Of a DNA stretch of 64,000 nt, positions 20,323 through 30,639 are shown one piece after another. Position numbers and translations under genes: made by a program. The first letter of the stretch is position 1. Each line of letters starts with the position of its first letter. The notes under the pieces are model-generated. The model was not told the DNA's origin. It saw nothing but the letters and a program-made list of their open reading frames with translations, and made no database searches. This stretch comes from an uncultured Bacilli bacterium (GTDB taxonomy: Bacteria > Bacillota_I > Bacilli_A > RF39 > UBA660): NCBI GenBank assembly GCA_944332295.1, contig CALVJR010000002.1, forward strand, positions 3,555-67,554, read 5' to 3'.

Positions 20323-21306
20323 ATGCCGGGACCAAAAACGCATGATATTTTTTATAAATCTTTAAAGGGTAAACTAAATAAAAGAACGTTAGATTCTTTT
20401 CCTAATTATGATCAATATAATATTTTTGTACAAGGGCATGACTTTTTAATTTATTATGATTTTTATAATAGTAAAGTTCGTGATGCTAATATTGAAAATT
20501 CTATTCATCTACAAGAACATAAATTTCAAGAGTTTGTTTATAATTATTTGTATATAGCTAAAGAGTCTGGTGCGTTGGAAAAAGAAGATGTCAGATTATT
20601 TATAGGACCAGGTTATGTAATGCATCATTTGCTTGATGCTTATACTCATCCACAGATTATATATTATTCAGGTGATCATACCAGAAATTCGGAAACAAAA
20701 ATATGGAATCATGGAATTGTAGAAAACTTACTTGATATTTATATGATGCAAATGTATGAAAGTAAAGATGCTAAGACTTATAAAGTATATAAAGATTTTG
20801 AGATTGATGAAAACTTAATTAGTCCTGAATTGATTTCAACTATTGATGAAAGTTTAAATGGTACTTATGCTATTAATAAGGGAGGAGAAATGTTTAGGAA
20901 ATCTTTTAGACAGTTAGCACTTTATATGTGGTTAATGAAATATGATAAATTAGGTATAAAAGCTGTTATTTTTGATGAAGTATTAAATCCTTTTGTAAAA
21001 TGTTCTAAGGCTTTTTCTTATCATAGAGATTTTAGTGAAGCTTTACCATATTTAAATCTTGAACATGAAAAATGGTTGAATCCGAGTGATGAGACTATTG
21101 TATCTAATGCATCATTTATAGATTTATTTGAAAAGGCTTTGGATGATGGTTCGTATATAGTAGATGAATTAGAAAAAATATGTCAAAGTGGTATTATTAA
21201 TAAAGATGATGTTTATTCATTAATTCCAAATATAAGTTCTGTACATGGATTAGAATGTGAAAGACCTTTTCAATTAAAATATACGAAAAGAGCAAATAAT
21301 AGATAA
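20323..21306 (+). CDS. Hypothetical protein, possibly zinc-dependent phospholipase C-like
   Basis: His-rich motifs (KTHDIF, QGHDFLIYYD, HHLLDAYTHP) resemble the zinc-dependent PLC family. Weak assignment. Confidence 0.35.
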   Translation: MPGPKTHDIFYKSLKGKLNKRTLDSFPNYDQYNIFVQGHDFLIYYDFYNSKVRDANIENSIHLQEHKFQEFVYNYLYIAKESGALEKEDVRLFIGPGYVMHHLLDAYTHPQIIYYSGDHTRNSETKIWNHGIVENLLDIYMMQMYESKDAKTYKVYKDFEIDENLISPELISTIDESLNGTYAINKGGEMFRKSFRQLALYMWLMKYDKLGIKAVIFDEVLNPFVKCSKAFSYHRDFSEALPYLNLEHEKWLNPSDETIVSNASFIDLFEKALDDGSYIVDELEKICQSGIINKDDVYSLIPNISSVHGLECERPFQLKYTKRANNR

Positions 21307-21364
21307 TTATTATTTGTTTTTATTTTGTTTTGTATTATAATTAAATAAGAGTAGGGTGGTATTT

Positions 21365-23665
21365 ATGGCAAGTATTACAAGTTTGTTTTTTCAAATTGCA
21401 AGTATTTTTTATATTGTATTAATTGGAGTTGCTTATTTTTGTAAGAAAAAAGTAGATACTTTAGAAAATCGTATTTATAGTTCTTTAATTATAATCATCT
21501 TTATTACTTTAATTCTAGATTGTCTTAGTGTTTCGTTAGGATTAATTTATCCAGATCTTTATGTTACTAATTTATTTGGAAAATTATATTTAATTTCTAT
21601 TCTCGCTTGGGTATTTGCTTTTACCTATTATATTTTTGTTATATCTTTTCATAAAGACAAAAATAATATTATAATGGATAGAACTTCTAAGACGTATTTA
21701 TATTTTAAAAAATATTTTCATTTGTTTTTATTACTTTTTGCAATTGCCGGTAGTATTGTTTTTTTAGCGCCTTTAAATGTTTATGGTGATGGCAAGATTA
21801 TGTATACTTATGGTTCTTCTGCTATTTTAAGTTATTCTTTTGCTGCTGTTTGTATTGTATCCTGGGTAATTTTTATTGTTTTAAATATAAAACGAGTAGG
21901 GTTTAAAAAATATATTCCAGTATTCGCGTTTGTTGTGGTAGCAGGTATTGCTGTGGCTATTCAGTCCTCTTTTCCACAATATTTATTAGTTACTGCCGCT
22001 GCAACATTTATTACTATTTTAACGTATTTTACTATTGAAAATCCTGATATTAAAATTATTGAACAACTTGAATTAGCTAAAGAACAGGCAGATAAAGCTA
22101 ATCAGGCTAAAACTGATTTCTTGTCTAGTATGTCTCATGAAATTCGTACACCGCTTAATGCAATTGTTGGTTTTAGTGATTGTATTCGTCATACTGATAC
22201 TTTAGAAGAAGCTAAAGATAATGCTAAGGATATTGTTAATGCTTCTAATACGTTACTTGAAATTGTTAATGGTATTTTAGATATTTCTAAGATTGAAGCT
22301 GGTAAATTAGAGATTGTTAATTCTCCATATGATGCGAAAGAGTTGTTTTCTAGTCTTGCTAAACTTATTAAACCTAGAATGACTGAAAAGGGACTTGATT
22401 TTCAAGTATATATTGCGCCTGATTTACCGAGAGTGTTATACGGAGATCATGCTAATATTAAAAAAGTTGTTACTAATATTTTAAGTAATGCCAGTAAATA
22501 TACAGATAAAGGTTTTGTTCGTTATGAAGTTAATTGTGTTAATAATGGTAATCGTTGTCGTTTGATTATCTCTGTTGAAGACTCTGGACGTGGTATTAAA
22601 AAAGAAAATATAGATAAATTATTTACTAAGTTCCAACGTTTAGAGGAGGATCGTAATACTACAATTGAAGGTACAGGACTTGGTCTTGCGATAACAAAAC
22701 AGTTAGTAGAGTTAATGGGTGGTAAAGTTATTGTTCATACTGTTTATGGAGAGGGTTCTAAGTTTACCATTATTTTAGATCAGCCTATTGAAAAAGAAAG
22801 TGCATTACAAAAAGTACAAGGACCAAATTTGACACATTTAGACCTTACTGGTGTTAGAATATTGGTTGTTGATGACAATACTTTGAATTTAAAAGTGTCT
22901 ACGAAACTATTTGAAAGATATCATGCTACGATAGAGTGTGTGGATAGTGGATTTCGTTGTCTTGAAAAAATACAAGCTGGAGAAAAGTATGATATCATTT
23001 TGCTTGATGATATGATGCCTAAGATGAGTGGTGTAGAAACATTGCAAAAATTAAAACAACTTCCTAATTTTTCTACTCCAGTTGTTGCTTTAACTGCTAA
23101 TGCTATTACTGGAATGAGAGAAAAATATATAGGTGACGGTTTTAATGATTATCTAGCAAAACCAATTGAGAAAGATGAAATGATTCGAGTATTTGCTTCT
23201 ATTTTACATTTAACTGATGAAGTTACAGGGAAATTGTTTGAAACTACCGAGCTTTTGGATGTAGATGATAATGTAAATACTTCTTCTACAAGTAAAGAAG
23301 TTTATAATGAAGATTATTTAAGAAGTCATGGTGTTGATATCGATCATGCTTTAGATTTGTTGGGCGATATGGAAATGTATAAAATGACACTGCATGATTA
23401 TTTAGATGAAATTGATGGAAAAGTTGAACAATTAAAAAAGTATTTGGATGTTCATGATATGTCTAATTATGCTATTTTAGTTCATTCTATGAAAAGTGAT
23501 GCCAAATATTTAGGCTTTATGTCTTATGCTGATATTTGTTACCAACATGAGTTAAAAAGTAAAGAAAACGACTATCATTATTGTGTAGAACATTTCTCTG
23601 AATTAAAGAGCGAACTACAAAAATATTTAGAAATAGTTCGTTCCTATAGTAAACATATTAATTAA
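21365..23665 (+). CDS. Hybrid sensor histidine kinase (multi-TM sensor, HisKA, HATPase, REC, HPt)
   Basis: About 6-7 N-terminal TM helices, H-box [10 protein letters not shown]-box GTGLGLAI, receiver [11 protein letters not shown], and a C-terminal HPt ([11 protein letters not shown]). ATG lies 5 nt after AGGGTGG. Confidence 0.88.
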   Translation: MASITSLFFQIASIFYIVLIGVAYFCKKKVDTLENRIYSSLIIIIFITLILDCLSVSLGLIYPDLYVTNLFGKLYLISILAWVFAFTYYIFVISFHKDKNNIIMDRTSKTYLYFKKYFHLFLLLFAIAGSIVFLAPLNVYGDGKIMYTYGSSAILSYSFAAVCIVSWVIFIVLNIKRVGFKKYIPVFAFVVVAGIAVAIQSSFPQYLLVTAAATFITILTYFTIENPDIKIIEQLELAKEQADKANQAKTDFLSSMSHEIRTPLNAIVGFSDCIRHTDTLEEAKDNAKDIVNASNTLLEIVNGILDISKIEAGKLEIVNSPYDAKELFSSLAKLIKPRMTEKGLDFQVYIAPDLPRVLYGDHANIKKVVTNILSNASKYTDKGFVRYEVNCVNNGNRCRLIISVEDSGRGIKKENIDKLFTKFQRLEEDRNTTIEGTGLGLAITKQLVELMGGKVIVHTVYGEGSKFTIILDQPIEKESALQKVQGPNLTHLDLTGVRILVVDDNTLNLKVSTKLFERYHATIECVDSGFRCLEKIQAGEKYDIILLDDMMPKMSGVETLQKLKQLPNFSTPVVALTANAITGMREKYIGDGFNDYLAKPIEKDEMIRVFASILHLTDEVTGKLFETTELLDVDDNVNTSSTSKEVYNEDYLRSHGVDIDHALDLLGDMEMYKMTLHDYLDEIDGKVEQLKKYLDVHDMSNYAILVHSMKSDAKYLGFMSYADICYQHELKSKENDYHYCVEHFSELKSELQKYLEIVRSYSKHIN

Positions 23666-24116
23666 TATTTAGTAAATAAATGGATAAAGAAAGAAGGCTA
23701 GCAAATAAACTAAATAAAATATATGGTATTAGGTATTTTGAACTTTTTTCTTTTAAATCTCTTGTTTCTTTATATAAAAATAGAGAAGTAATAAAAGTTA
23801 AGATACAAGATACAAATCCTAAAAATGGATTTTTCAGTGTGAAAAATAATGGTTGGAAAGATTGGTTTGCTATAAAATTTAATAGTAAGGTATACTTATA
23901 TGATTTAGGTATATCTTTTATTGTGTAAGTGTTTATGATTTGATAAATACTAATACTGATGCCAATATATAGAATAGACCATATAATACCATATGCTATT
24001 TGTGGTGGTGTAAAGAATGGTAAATTTAGAGAATTATAATATATTTTATCGACTGGAATTAGTGAAGATAAAAACCAGGGAAGTAGAATGATTATAAACT
24101 TTAAAACTGCTTTCAT
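23658..24116 (-). CDS. tspO: TspO/MBR-family membrane protein
   Basis: 152 aa with 5 TM helices and a TspO pattern ([17 protein letters not shown] ... [16 protein letters not shown]). Converges on the kinase gene with an 8-nt overlap. Confidence 0.72.
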   Translation of the reverse strand: MKAVLKFIIILLPWFLSSLIPVDKIYYNSLNLPFFTPPQIAYGIIWSILYIGISISIYQIINTYTIKDIPKSYKYTLLLNFIANQSFQPLFFTLKNPFLGFVSCILTFITSLFLYKETRDLKEKSSKYLIPYILFSLFASLLSLSIYLLNIN

Positions 24117-24180
24117 AAAACACCTCTTTCTTTATTTTATGTTTTAGTATATAATATTATTAGTATTTTGGAGGGATTCA

Positions 24181-25332
24181 ATGGAAAATGAGATTTTAAT
24201 GGATGACAAGAATGTTCTTGTGATGAAATTACTTCATTATTTTATTATAGATAAAAATTATAATCCTATTATTTTACAGGGTGTAGAAAATGAGATTTGG
24301 TTAGAGAATTTAGATGAGGATTATAAAGTAGTTCGTATTGTATCTTCTTATATACATAATGATGAACAGTTTAATTTTGATATGTTTAAGACCAAGAGGA
24401 TTGTTAAAAAGATTAAGAAGAAAACTTTATCATTTAATATTAATACTTTAAGTATTTTTTTAGACTTAGGAGAAAATGTTAGTCAAGATATTCATGCAAT
24501 ACCTAATGTTGAATGTGTTAAGATTAATACGGAGTCTGATTTTAAGAAGAGTGATGTTATTAAGAAAGAGTTTCCTGATTTAACTAAAAAGTTAAAATAT
24601 AGTGAAGAGGGAATTGCTTTATTTGCTAAAATAACTAGTGATATTAATGAACACAATAAGAAAGATGCTAAAAAGATTAATGCTGTATTTAAGAATAAGT
24701 TTCCTATGATTACTTATTGGTTAATAGCTGTTAATGTTATTTTATATGTTATTCCTATTTTATTTGGGCAATATAATGATTTAATTAATAACTATTCTGT
24801 CTGGGGACCTGCTATTCGTGAAGGACAGTATTATCGATTACTTACTGGTATCTTTTTACATGGTGGTATCCTTCATTTATTATTTAACTGCTATGCTTTA
24901 TATGTAATTGGTGCTCAAGTGGAGAATTTCTTGGGACGTATTAAGTTCTTGATTATTTATTTAGTTGCTGGTATTAGTGGTGCTTTATTTTCAGTGATTT
25001 TTGGTGGAAATTTCGCCTCTATTGGAGCAAGTGGTGCTATTTTTGGTCTCATGGGAGCTTTAGTTTATTTTGGATATCATTATCGTGTTTATTTAGGCAC
25101 CGTTATTAAAAGTCAGATTATACCTTTAATTGTACTTAATTTACTTTTAGGTTTTTGTGTATCAGGAATTGATAATTTTGCTCATATAGGTGGACTTATT
25201 GGCGGTACTTTAATGTCTATTGCTTTAGGTGTTAAAGATAAGAGTAGTTGGTTTGAAAGAATTAATGGTTGGATTATTACAATTATTTTCTTAGCATTTT
25301 CTGTTTATATGGCATTTTTCTATACAATATAG
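24181..25332 (+). CDS. Rhomboid-family intramembrane serine protease
   Basis: Cytoplasmic N-domain plus a 6-TM core with catalytic GASGAIFG and HIGGLIGG motifs. Confidence 0.88.
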   Translation: MENEILMDDKNVLVMKLLHYFIIDKNYNPIILQGVENEIWLENLDEDYKVVRIVSSYIHNDEQFNFDMFKTKRIVKKIKKKTLSFNINTLSIFLDLGENVSQDIHAIPNVECVKINTESDFKKSDVIKKEFPDLTKKLKYSEEGIALFAKITSDINEHNKKDAKKINAVFKNKFPMITYWLIAVNVILYVIPILFGQYNDLINNYSVWGPAIREGQYYRLLTGIFLHGGILHLLFNCYALYVIGAQVENFLGRIKFLIIYLVAGISGALFSVIFGGNFASIGASGAIFGLMGALVYFGYHYRVYLGTVIKSQIIPLIVLNLLLGFCVSGIDNFAHIGGLIGGTLMSIALGVKDKSSWFERINGWIITIIFLAFSVYMAFFYTI

Positions 25333-25361
25333 GAATATTACAGTTGTAATATTCTTTTTTT
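25333..25361 (+). terminator. Rho-independent terminator after the rhomboid gene
   Basis: 9-bp stem gaatattac / gtaatattc, 4-nt loop, T7. Confidence 0.75.
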
Positions 25362-25421
25362 GGTTGTAATAGATTTTAAACCATGGTAAAATAAAATTAA
25401 ATATTATAGTGAGGTGATATT

Positions 25422-25673
25422 ATGTCACAAGATAAGACTAGTCTATTTAATTTAAAAGATATTGATTCTAAATTAATTCATAGTATTTTGGATGAAGTTT
25501 GGGATGCATTGGAAGAGAGAGGTTATAACCCTAGTAATCAAATTGTAGGATATTTAATTAGTGGAGATCCTGGGTATATTTCTAATTATAAAGATGCACG
25601 TAGTAAAATACAGGAAATTGATCGTGCTAAAATTGTTGAAGCGTTATTACAGGAGTTTTCTAAAAATAAATAA
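25422..25673 (+). CDS. ireB: IreB-family regulatory phosphoprotein (UPF0297)
   Basis: 83 aa with GYNPSNQIVGYLISGDPGYI signature; conserved position upstream of ruvX. Confidence 0.85.
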   Translation: MSQDKTSLFNLKDIDSKLIHSILDEVWDALEERGYNPSNQIVGYLISGDPGYISNYKDARSKIQEIDRAKIVEALLQEFSKNK

Positions 25674-26104
25674 TGCGCTATTTAGGACTTGATTTAGGTA
25701 GTCGTACGTTAGGTGTTGCAATTAGTGATGCTACGGGATTACTTGCTAGTAGTTATAAGACAATTCGTCATCAGGAAGAGTATTCTAGGTTGGTAGATGA
25801 AGTTTCCTCTTTAGTAAAAGAATTAAAAATAGATGCTATTGTTTTAGGTTTTCCTAAAAATATGAATAATACTATTGGTCCTAAAGGGGAACTTAGTCTG
25901 CAATTTAAAGAGAGATTAGAAAAAGTATTATCTATTCCTGTTTATTTACAGGATGAAAGACTTTCTACTAAGAGTGCTACTGATATGTTGATTTATGCCG
26001 ATGTTTCTAGAAAAAATCGTAAGAGGGTTGTAGATAGTGTAGCAGCTACTATAATATTACAAACATATTTAGATAAGGAGAAAAGAGAGTATGAAAAAAA
26101 ATAG
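25673..26104 (+). CDS. ruvX: Holliday junction resolvase-like pre-16S rRNA nuclease RuvX (YqgF)
   Basis: N-terminal LGLDLGSRTLGVA RNase H-fold motif; 143 aa. Confidence 0.9.
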   Translation: MRYLGLDLGSRTLGVAISDATGLLASSYKTIRHQEEYSRLVDEVSSLVKELKIDAIVLGFPKNMNNTIGPKGELSLQFKERLEKVLSIPVYLQDERLSTKSATDMLIYADVSRKNRKRVVDSVAATIILQTYLDKEKREYEKK

Positions 26105-26387
26105 TTTTTCTATGATAGATGAAAATGGTAATGAAACAGTATATGATGTTTTATTTACTTTTGAGAGTGAGGAAACTCATAAAAATTATATTGTATATAC
26201 AGATAATACAAAAGATGCTCAGGGAAACGTAGAGGTTTATGCTTCTATTTATGATCCTAATGATCCAAATAGTAGATTAGAAGCTATTGAGACTGAGAAG
26301 GAATGGAAAGTAATTGAAACAATATTAGAGACTTTACAAGAACAAGTTAGAAATGCTGCCAATAATAGTGGAGAACAAGGGCAATAG
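26091..26387 (+). CDS. DUF1292 protein
   Basis: IDENGNETVYDVLFTFESEETHKNYIVY is the DUF1292 signature; conserved ireB-ruvX-DUF1292 synteny. Confidence 0.8.
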   Translation: MKKNSFSMIDENGNETVYDVLFTFESEETHKNYIVYTDNTKDAQGNVEVYASIYDPNDPNSRLEAIETEKEWKVIETILETLQEQVRNAANNSGEQGQ

Positions 26388-26414
26388 CTCTTTTGTTTTC
26401 TGGAGGGGTATTTT

Positions 26415-27485
26415 ATGGTAGTGAGAAGAAGACCAAAACCATTATTTATATTTTTGGTTTTAGCAGGTTCTTTTTTAATTTTACTAGCGGCAGTTTATAT
26501 GTATTTGGCAAGTCCTGTAGATAAAGGAAATTCTGATACGATAGAAGTGGTTATTCCTAATGGAACTGGGGTTTCGGGAATTGCTAAAATATTAAAAGAA
26601 AATGATTTGATTCGTAATGAGTTTGTATTTATGATTACCGTTAAGACTAAGAGTGGTTCTTATTTACAAGCTTCTACTTATCAACTTAGTAAAAATATGA
26701 CTATGGAGGAGATTATTGATGCTCTTATTTCTGGTAATAAATATAATCCTGATGCTATTACTATTACCTTTAAAGAAGGTGAGAGGATTACGGATTATGC
26801 GGATGAAATTGCTGATGCTACTAATCATACGCAAGCAGAAGTTTTATCTATGATTAATGATAGGACATATTTAGAGGAGTTAAGGACTAAGTATTGGTTT
26901 TTGACAGCTTCTATTTTTCAAGAAGGAATTTATTATCCGTTAGAAGGATATTTAGCACCAGATACTTATCAATTTGAAAATAAGGATGTTACTGTTAATA
27001 CTATTGTTGAAAAAATGTTAGATGAAATGGAAAGTGAATTAGAGCCATATAAGGATATGATTTCTAGTAATGTTCATTATTATATGACTATGGCTTCTAT
27101 GATAGAGTTAGAGGGTACTAATACAGATAATCGTAAAATGATTGCTGGTATTTTTGAAAATAGGTTGGCTTCTAATATGAATCTTGGTAGTGATGTTACT
27201 ACATATTATGCCTTACAATATCCTATGACTAGTGATTTGACATCTGCTCAATTTGCAACCATTAATCCTTATAATACTAGAGCTTCTAATATGGGAGGAA
27301 AGATGCCAATTGGTCCTATTTGTAACCCTAGTTTATCTAGTTTAGAGGCTAGTATTGAACCAACGGCTAATACATATTTCTATTTTGTTGCTGACAAAAA
27401 TGGAAATATATTTTATACTAGTACCTTAGCAGAGCACGAGGCAATGGTGCAAGAAATAAAAGATAAGGGTGATTGGATATGGTAG
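26415..27485 (+). CDS. mltG: Endolytic murein transglycosylase MltG (YceG-like)
   Basis: N-terminal TM and YceG domain with the catalytic region MASMIELEG; synteny with ruvX. Confidence 0.88.
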   Translation: MVVRRRPKPLFIFLVLAGSFLILLAAVYMYLASPVDKGNSDTIEVVIPNGTGVSGIAKILKENDLIRNEFVFMITVKTKSGSYLQASTYQLSKNMTMEEIIDALISGNKYNPDAITITFKEGERITDYADEIADATNHTQAEVLSMINDRTYLEELRTKYWFLTASIFQEGIYYPLEGYLAPDTYQFENKDVTVNTIVEKMLDEMESELEPYKDMISSNVHYYMTMASMIELEGTNTDNRKMIAGIFENRLASNMNLGSDVTTYYALQYPMTSDLTSAQFATINPYNTRASNMGGKMPIGPICNPSLSSLEASIEPTANTYFYFVADKNGNIFYTSTLAEHEAMVQEIKDKGDWIW

Positions 27486-28072
27486 GTAATTATTCTATGA
27501 TTCGAGAAATCAAAGAATATGCTAAAAAAAATAATATTCCTATTATGGTGGATGATGGTATTGATTTCTTGACTGCACTTATTTTTAAAAGGCATGTCAC
27601 TAATATATTAGAAATTGGTACTGCTATAGGGTATTCTGCTATTATGATGGCACTTGTTCATCCAAATGTTAAAGTTACTACTATTGAGAGGGATGAAAAA
27701 AGATATTTAGAAGCAGTTAAAAATGTAAAAGCTTTTGGATTAGAAGATAGAATTACTCTTATTTATAATGATGCATTTAATGTAAAATTGGAAGATGAGT
27801 TTGATTTGATTTTTATTGATGCTGCTAAGGCTCAAAATATTAAGTTTTTTGAACATTTTGAGCACAATTTAGTACCGAAGGGAGCAATTGTTACGGATAA
27901 TTTAAAATTTCATGGTTTAGTGGAAAAAGAAGAGTATGAAATTAAAAGTAAAAATTTGCGTGGTTTAGTTCGAAAAATAAAAGAGTATATTTCTTATTTA
28001 AAGTCAAATAGTAGATATGAGACAGAGTTTTTTAATGTTGGTGATGGTATTTCTGTCAGTACAAAAAAATAG
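27473..28072 (+). CDS. trmR: Class I SAM-dependent O-methyltransferase (YrrM/TrmR-like)
   Basis: SAM motif I EIGTAIGYS and FIDAAK motif; position after mltG as in the Bacillus yrrL-yrrM arrangement. The true start may be the internal Met at 27497. Confidence 0.75.
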   Translation: MDMVGNYSMIREIKEYAKKNNIPIMVDDGIDFLTALIFKRHVTNILEIGTAIGYSAIMMALVHPNVKVTTIERDEKRYLEAVKNVKAFGLEDRITLIYNDAFNVKLEDEFDLIFIDAAKAQNIKFFEHFEHNLVPKGAIVTDNLKFHGLVEKEEYEIKSKNLRGLVRKIKEYISYLKSNSRYETEFFNVGDGISVSTKK

Positions 28073-28075
28073 AGG

Positions 28076-28927
28076 GTGATTGCGGTGAGTTTTTTTCAGA
28101 TATTAGATTGTAGTGAGGCATTAGGTACTTGTTGTACTGATTATGGTTTACTTACTATTTTAGATATTTCTAGAAAGGTATTGGATTTAATTCAGTTAGT
28201 AGCACCTATTCTTTTGATGATTGCCCTTGCGATTCAATTGACACAATTATTAGTAAATCCAGATGATAAGAAGAAAACAAAAAGTTTAATAAATAAGTTT
28301 ATTGCAGCATTACTTTGTTTTTTTGTTCCTTATTTAGTGGATTTATCATTAAGTTTATTGCCTTCTGATATAGAAAGTTTTCAGATTGGAGCTTGTTGGG
28401 ATACTGCTCAAATTTCTAGAGAATTGTTAAGAGATTCTAATAGTACTTATGTGTCTACTTCAAATAAACAGCCGCAATCTTTTATCTTAAGTTCTCAACT
28501 TCCACAGTTATCACCAGGTGACCCTAGTACTGGTAGTATTACAGGTAGAGCGATTGTTGCTTATGCAATGGAGTTTGTTGGGCAGGAATATCGATATGGA
28601 GGATCTTGGGATGGAGAGCATCCTTATACTCCTACTGATTGTAGCGGCTTTGTGCAAGGAGTATTTTCTCATTTTGGAATACAATTACCTAGAGACACTT
28701 CTTCACAATGGGCTGCTAGAAATACATATACTTTAGTTACTGATGGTAATATTAAAGCTGGAGATGTGGTTATGTACGATGGTCATGTTGGAATACTTAC
28801 TGGTAATGGTGAAGAAATGGTTCATGCAAGTAATTCTAGACCATATCCAGCCGGGGGAGTTAAAGTTTCTAGTAGTTATAGATACAGAAGTGTTTTAGGT
28901 ATTATGCGAATTAATGGTGTTAATTAG
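28076..28927 (+). CDS. NlpC/P60 peptidoglycan endopeptidase with an N-terminal VirB2/TrbC-like two-helix membrane module
   Basis: C-terminal NlpC/P60 catalytic motifs DCSGFVQGVF and GHVGI. N-terminal residues about 10-100 align by eye with the hairpin modules of 47926-48276 and the C-terminus of 48357-49562 (APILLMIALAIQL..NPDDKKKTKSLINKFIAALLCFFVPYLV). Confidence 0.75.
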   Translation: MIAVSFFQILDCSEALGTCCTDYGLLTILDISRKVLDLIQLVAPILLMIALAIQLTQLLVNPDDKKKTKSLINKFIAALLCFFVPYLVDLSLSLLPSDIESFQIGACWDTAQISRELLRDSNSTYVSTSNKQPQSFILSSQLPQLSPGDPSTGSITGRAIVAYAMEFVGQEYRYGGSWDGEHPYTPTDCSGFVQGVFSHFGIQLPRDTSSQWAARNTYTLVTDGNIKAGDVVMYDGHVGILTGNGEEMVHASNSRPYPAGGVKVSSSYRYRSVLGIMRINGVN

Positions 28928-28935
28928 GAGGGCTT

Positions 28936-29718
28936 ATGTTTGGAGTTGTCCAGAAGGAAAAAGAAGAGCCTAGAGTAAGGCATGCTAGTAATCATAATTT
29001 TTCAAAAATTCCTTTTCGTTTAAAAAAGATATTGCCTTGGTTAGGTTTAATTATTTTAATTATTTTATTAGTAGGATATTATTTATATAAGAATTATTAT
29101 CGTAATTATAATTATATTAAAGTTGATACTAATCAATATTTGGTTTATACAAAATCTAGTTCATATAATAATCAGAATATGCGTAATGAGATTCCTTTTA
29201 TTAATATTGATAGTCCGGATGCAGAACTTGTAAATCAAGCAATAGAAGAGTATGCAGAATCTTTTTTACAAAATAAAGATAATTTATTTGTTTACGATTC
29301 ACAAGTCAATGGTCAAGTGTTATCTGTATTAATAAAAATGAAAGATTATAGTGACGGTTATTCTTTTCCTGAGGCGCAATTTCACACTTATAATTTTGAT
29401 TTAACTACACAAACCTTGATGGATGATAATGAAGTGTTATCCTTGTTTAATATTACTACAGAAGATGTTTCTAAAAAAATTCAACAACAATTTGAGGGCT
29501 ATTATCAACAAGAGTTAGAAGAGGGATATTTAATAGGAGAGGAATGCAATTATGAGTGCTTTTTAAATTGGCGTGGTGTTAATGATTATATGAATGATGT
29601 ACATTACTATATTCGAGATGGTAGTTTGATAGCTTACCGAGGATTTAGTATTTATTCTGTTTTTTCAGAAGAAGAGTTTTTTAATGATGAAAGTTATGAG
29701 TTTAAAATTACTGATTAA
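28936..29718 (+). CDS. Hypothetical membrane-anchored protein
   Basis: One TM (LPWLGLIILIILLVGYYLY) plus a 200-aa extracytoplasmic domain. RBS AGGAGGG. No family recognised. Confidence 0.55.
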   Translation: MFGVVQKEKEEPRVRHASNHNFSKIPFRLKKILPWLGLIILIILLVGYYLYKNYYRNYNYIKVDTNQYLVYTKSSSYNNQNMRNEIPFINIDSPDAELVNQAIEEYAESFLQNKDNLFVYDSQVNGQVLSVLIKMKDYSDGYSFPEAQFHTYNFDLTTQTLMDDNEVLSLFNITTEDVSKKIQQQFEGYYQQELEEGYLIGEECNYECFLNWRGVNDYMNDVHYYIRDGSLIAYRGFSIYSVFSEEEFFNDESYEFKITD

Positions 29719-29738
29719 GCAAGTGTTCTTGCTTTTTT
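29717..29738 (+). terminator. Rho-independent terminator
   Basis: Stem aagcaag / cttgctt, 4-nt loop, T6. Confidence 0.6.
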
Positions 29739-29784
29739 CTTTTCTTTTTATTTTTGTTGATATATAATAAAGGCGAGGTGTATT

Positions 29785-30639
29785 ATGAAAGTATTAGTTG
29801 AGGTTGCTAGTAAAAATATAGAAAATTATGCTGATAAATGTGATGCTTTATTATTAGGTCTTTGTAAGTTTTCTGTCATGAATATGGTTAGTTTTACTGT
29901 GGATGAAATTAGAGATATTGTTTTAAAGTATCCTCAATTAGAAATATTTGTTAAGATGGATAAGAATATTTTTAATGATGAGATTGATGAGGTAAAACGG
30001 TGCTTAAAAGAACTTAATGATATTCCTATTCGTGGTATTTTCTTCTATGATTTAGCACTGTTAGAATTAAAACAGGAACTTTCTTTGTCTTTTGATTTGG
30101 TATGGAGTCAAACTCATATGGTTACTAATTACAGGACTTGTGATTATTACTATCAAAAAGGTGTTTCTTATGCTTTACTTTCTAAGGAAATTACTTTAGA
30201 TGAGATAGTTGAAATTTCTGAGAAATCTTCTGTTCAAACGATTGTGGAAGTGGTTAGTTTACCTAGTGTTGGTTTTAGTCGTCGAAAGTTAGTTCATAAT
30301 TATTATGAAGATTTAGGTGAAGAAGGTAATAGTCATCTTTCAGTTTTAGAGAAGATTACTAATAAGAAATATTTGGTGAGAGAAGAAGATGCTGGTACTG
30401 TTTTTTTACTGGACGAAGTGTTAAATGGTACTTCTGTTATTTCTTCTTTATATCAGGCAGGTGTTGATTATATCTTATTGAAAGAAGAAGGAATAGATTC
30501 TTTTTTAGAGTTAATATGTGATACTAAGAATTATATTTCCTTGGGATGTAGTGATTCATCTTATGTAGAAAAATATAAAAAGTTAGGGGATAGTACTGGT
30601 TTCTTTTTTAAGAAAACTATCTATAGGGTGAAGAAATGA
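29785..30639 (+). CDS. Peptidase U32-family protein (YrrN-like, tRNA hydroxylation partner)
   Basis: Size and position match the first of the paired U32 genes downstream of yrrM in Bacilli. Sequence is divergent, so the call is mostly by context plus general U32 TIM-barrel-like pattern. Confidence 0.6.
   Translation: MKVLVEVASKNIENYADKCDALLLGLCKFSVMNMVSFTVDEIRDIVLKYPQLEIFVKMDKNIFNDEIDEVKRCLKELNDIPIRGIFFYDLALLELKQELSLSFDLVWSQTHMVTNYRTCDYYYQKGVSYALLSKEITLDEIVEISEKSSVQTIVEVVSLPSVGFSRRKLVHNYYEDLGEEGNSHLSVLEKITNKKYLVREEDAGTVFLLDEVLNGTSVISSLYQAGVDYILLKEEGIDSFLELICDTKNYISLGCSDSSYVEKYKKLGDSTGFFFKKTIYRVKK

Noticed and set aside
23680-23928. 82-aa plus-strand ORF
   Set aside because: It is antisense to the TspO-family gene, which has a convincing 5-TM family pattern.
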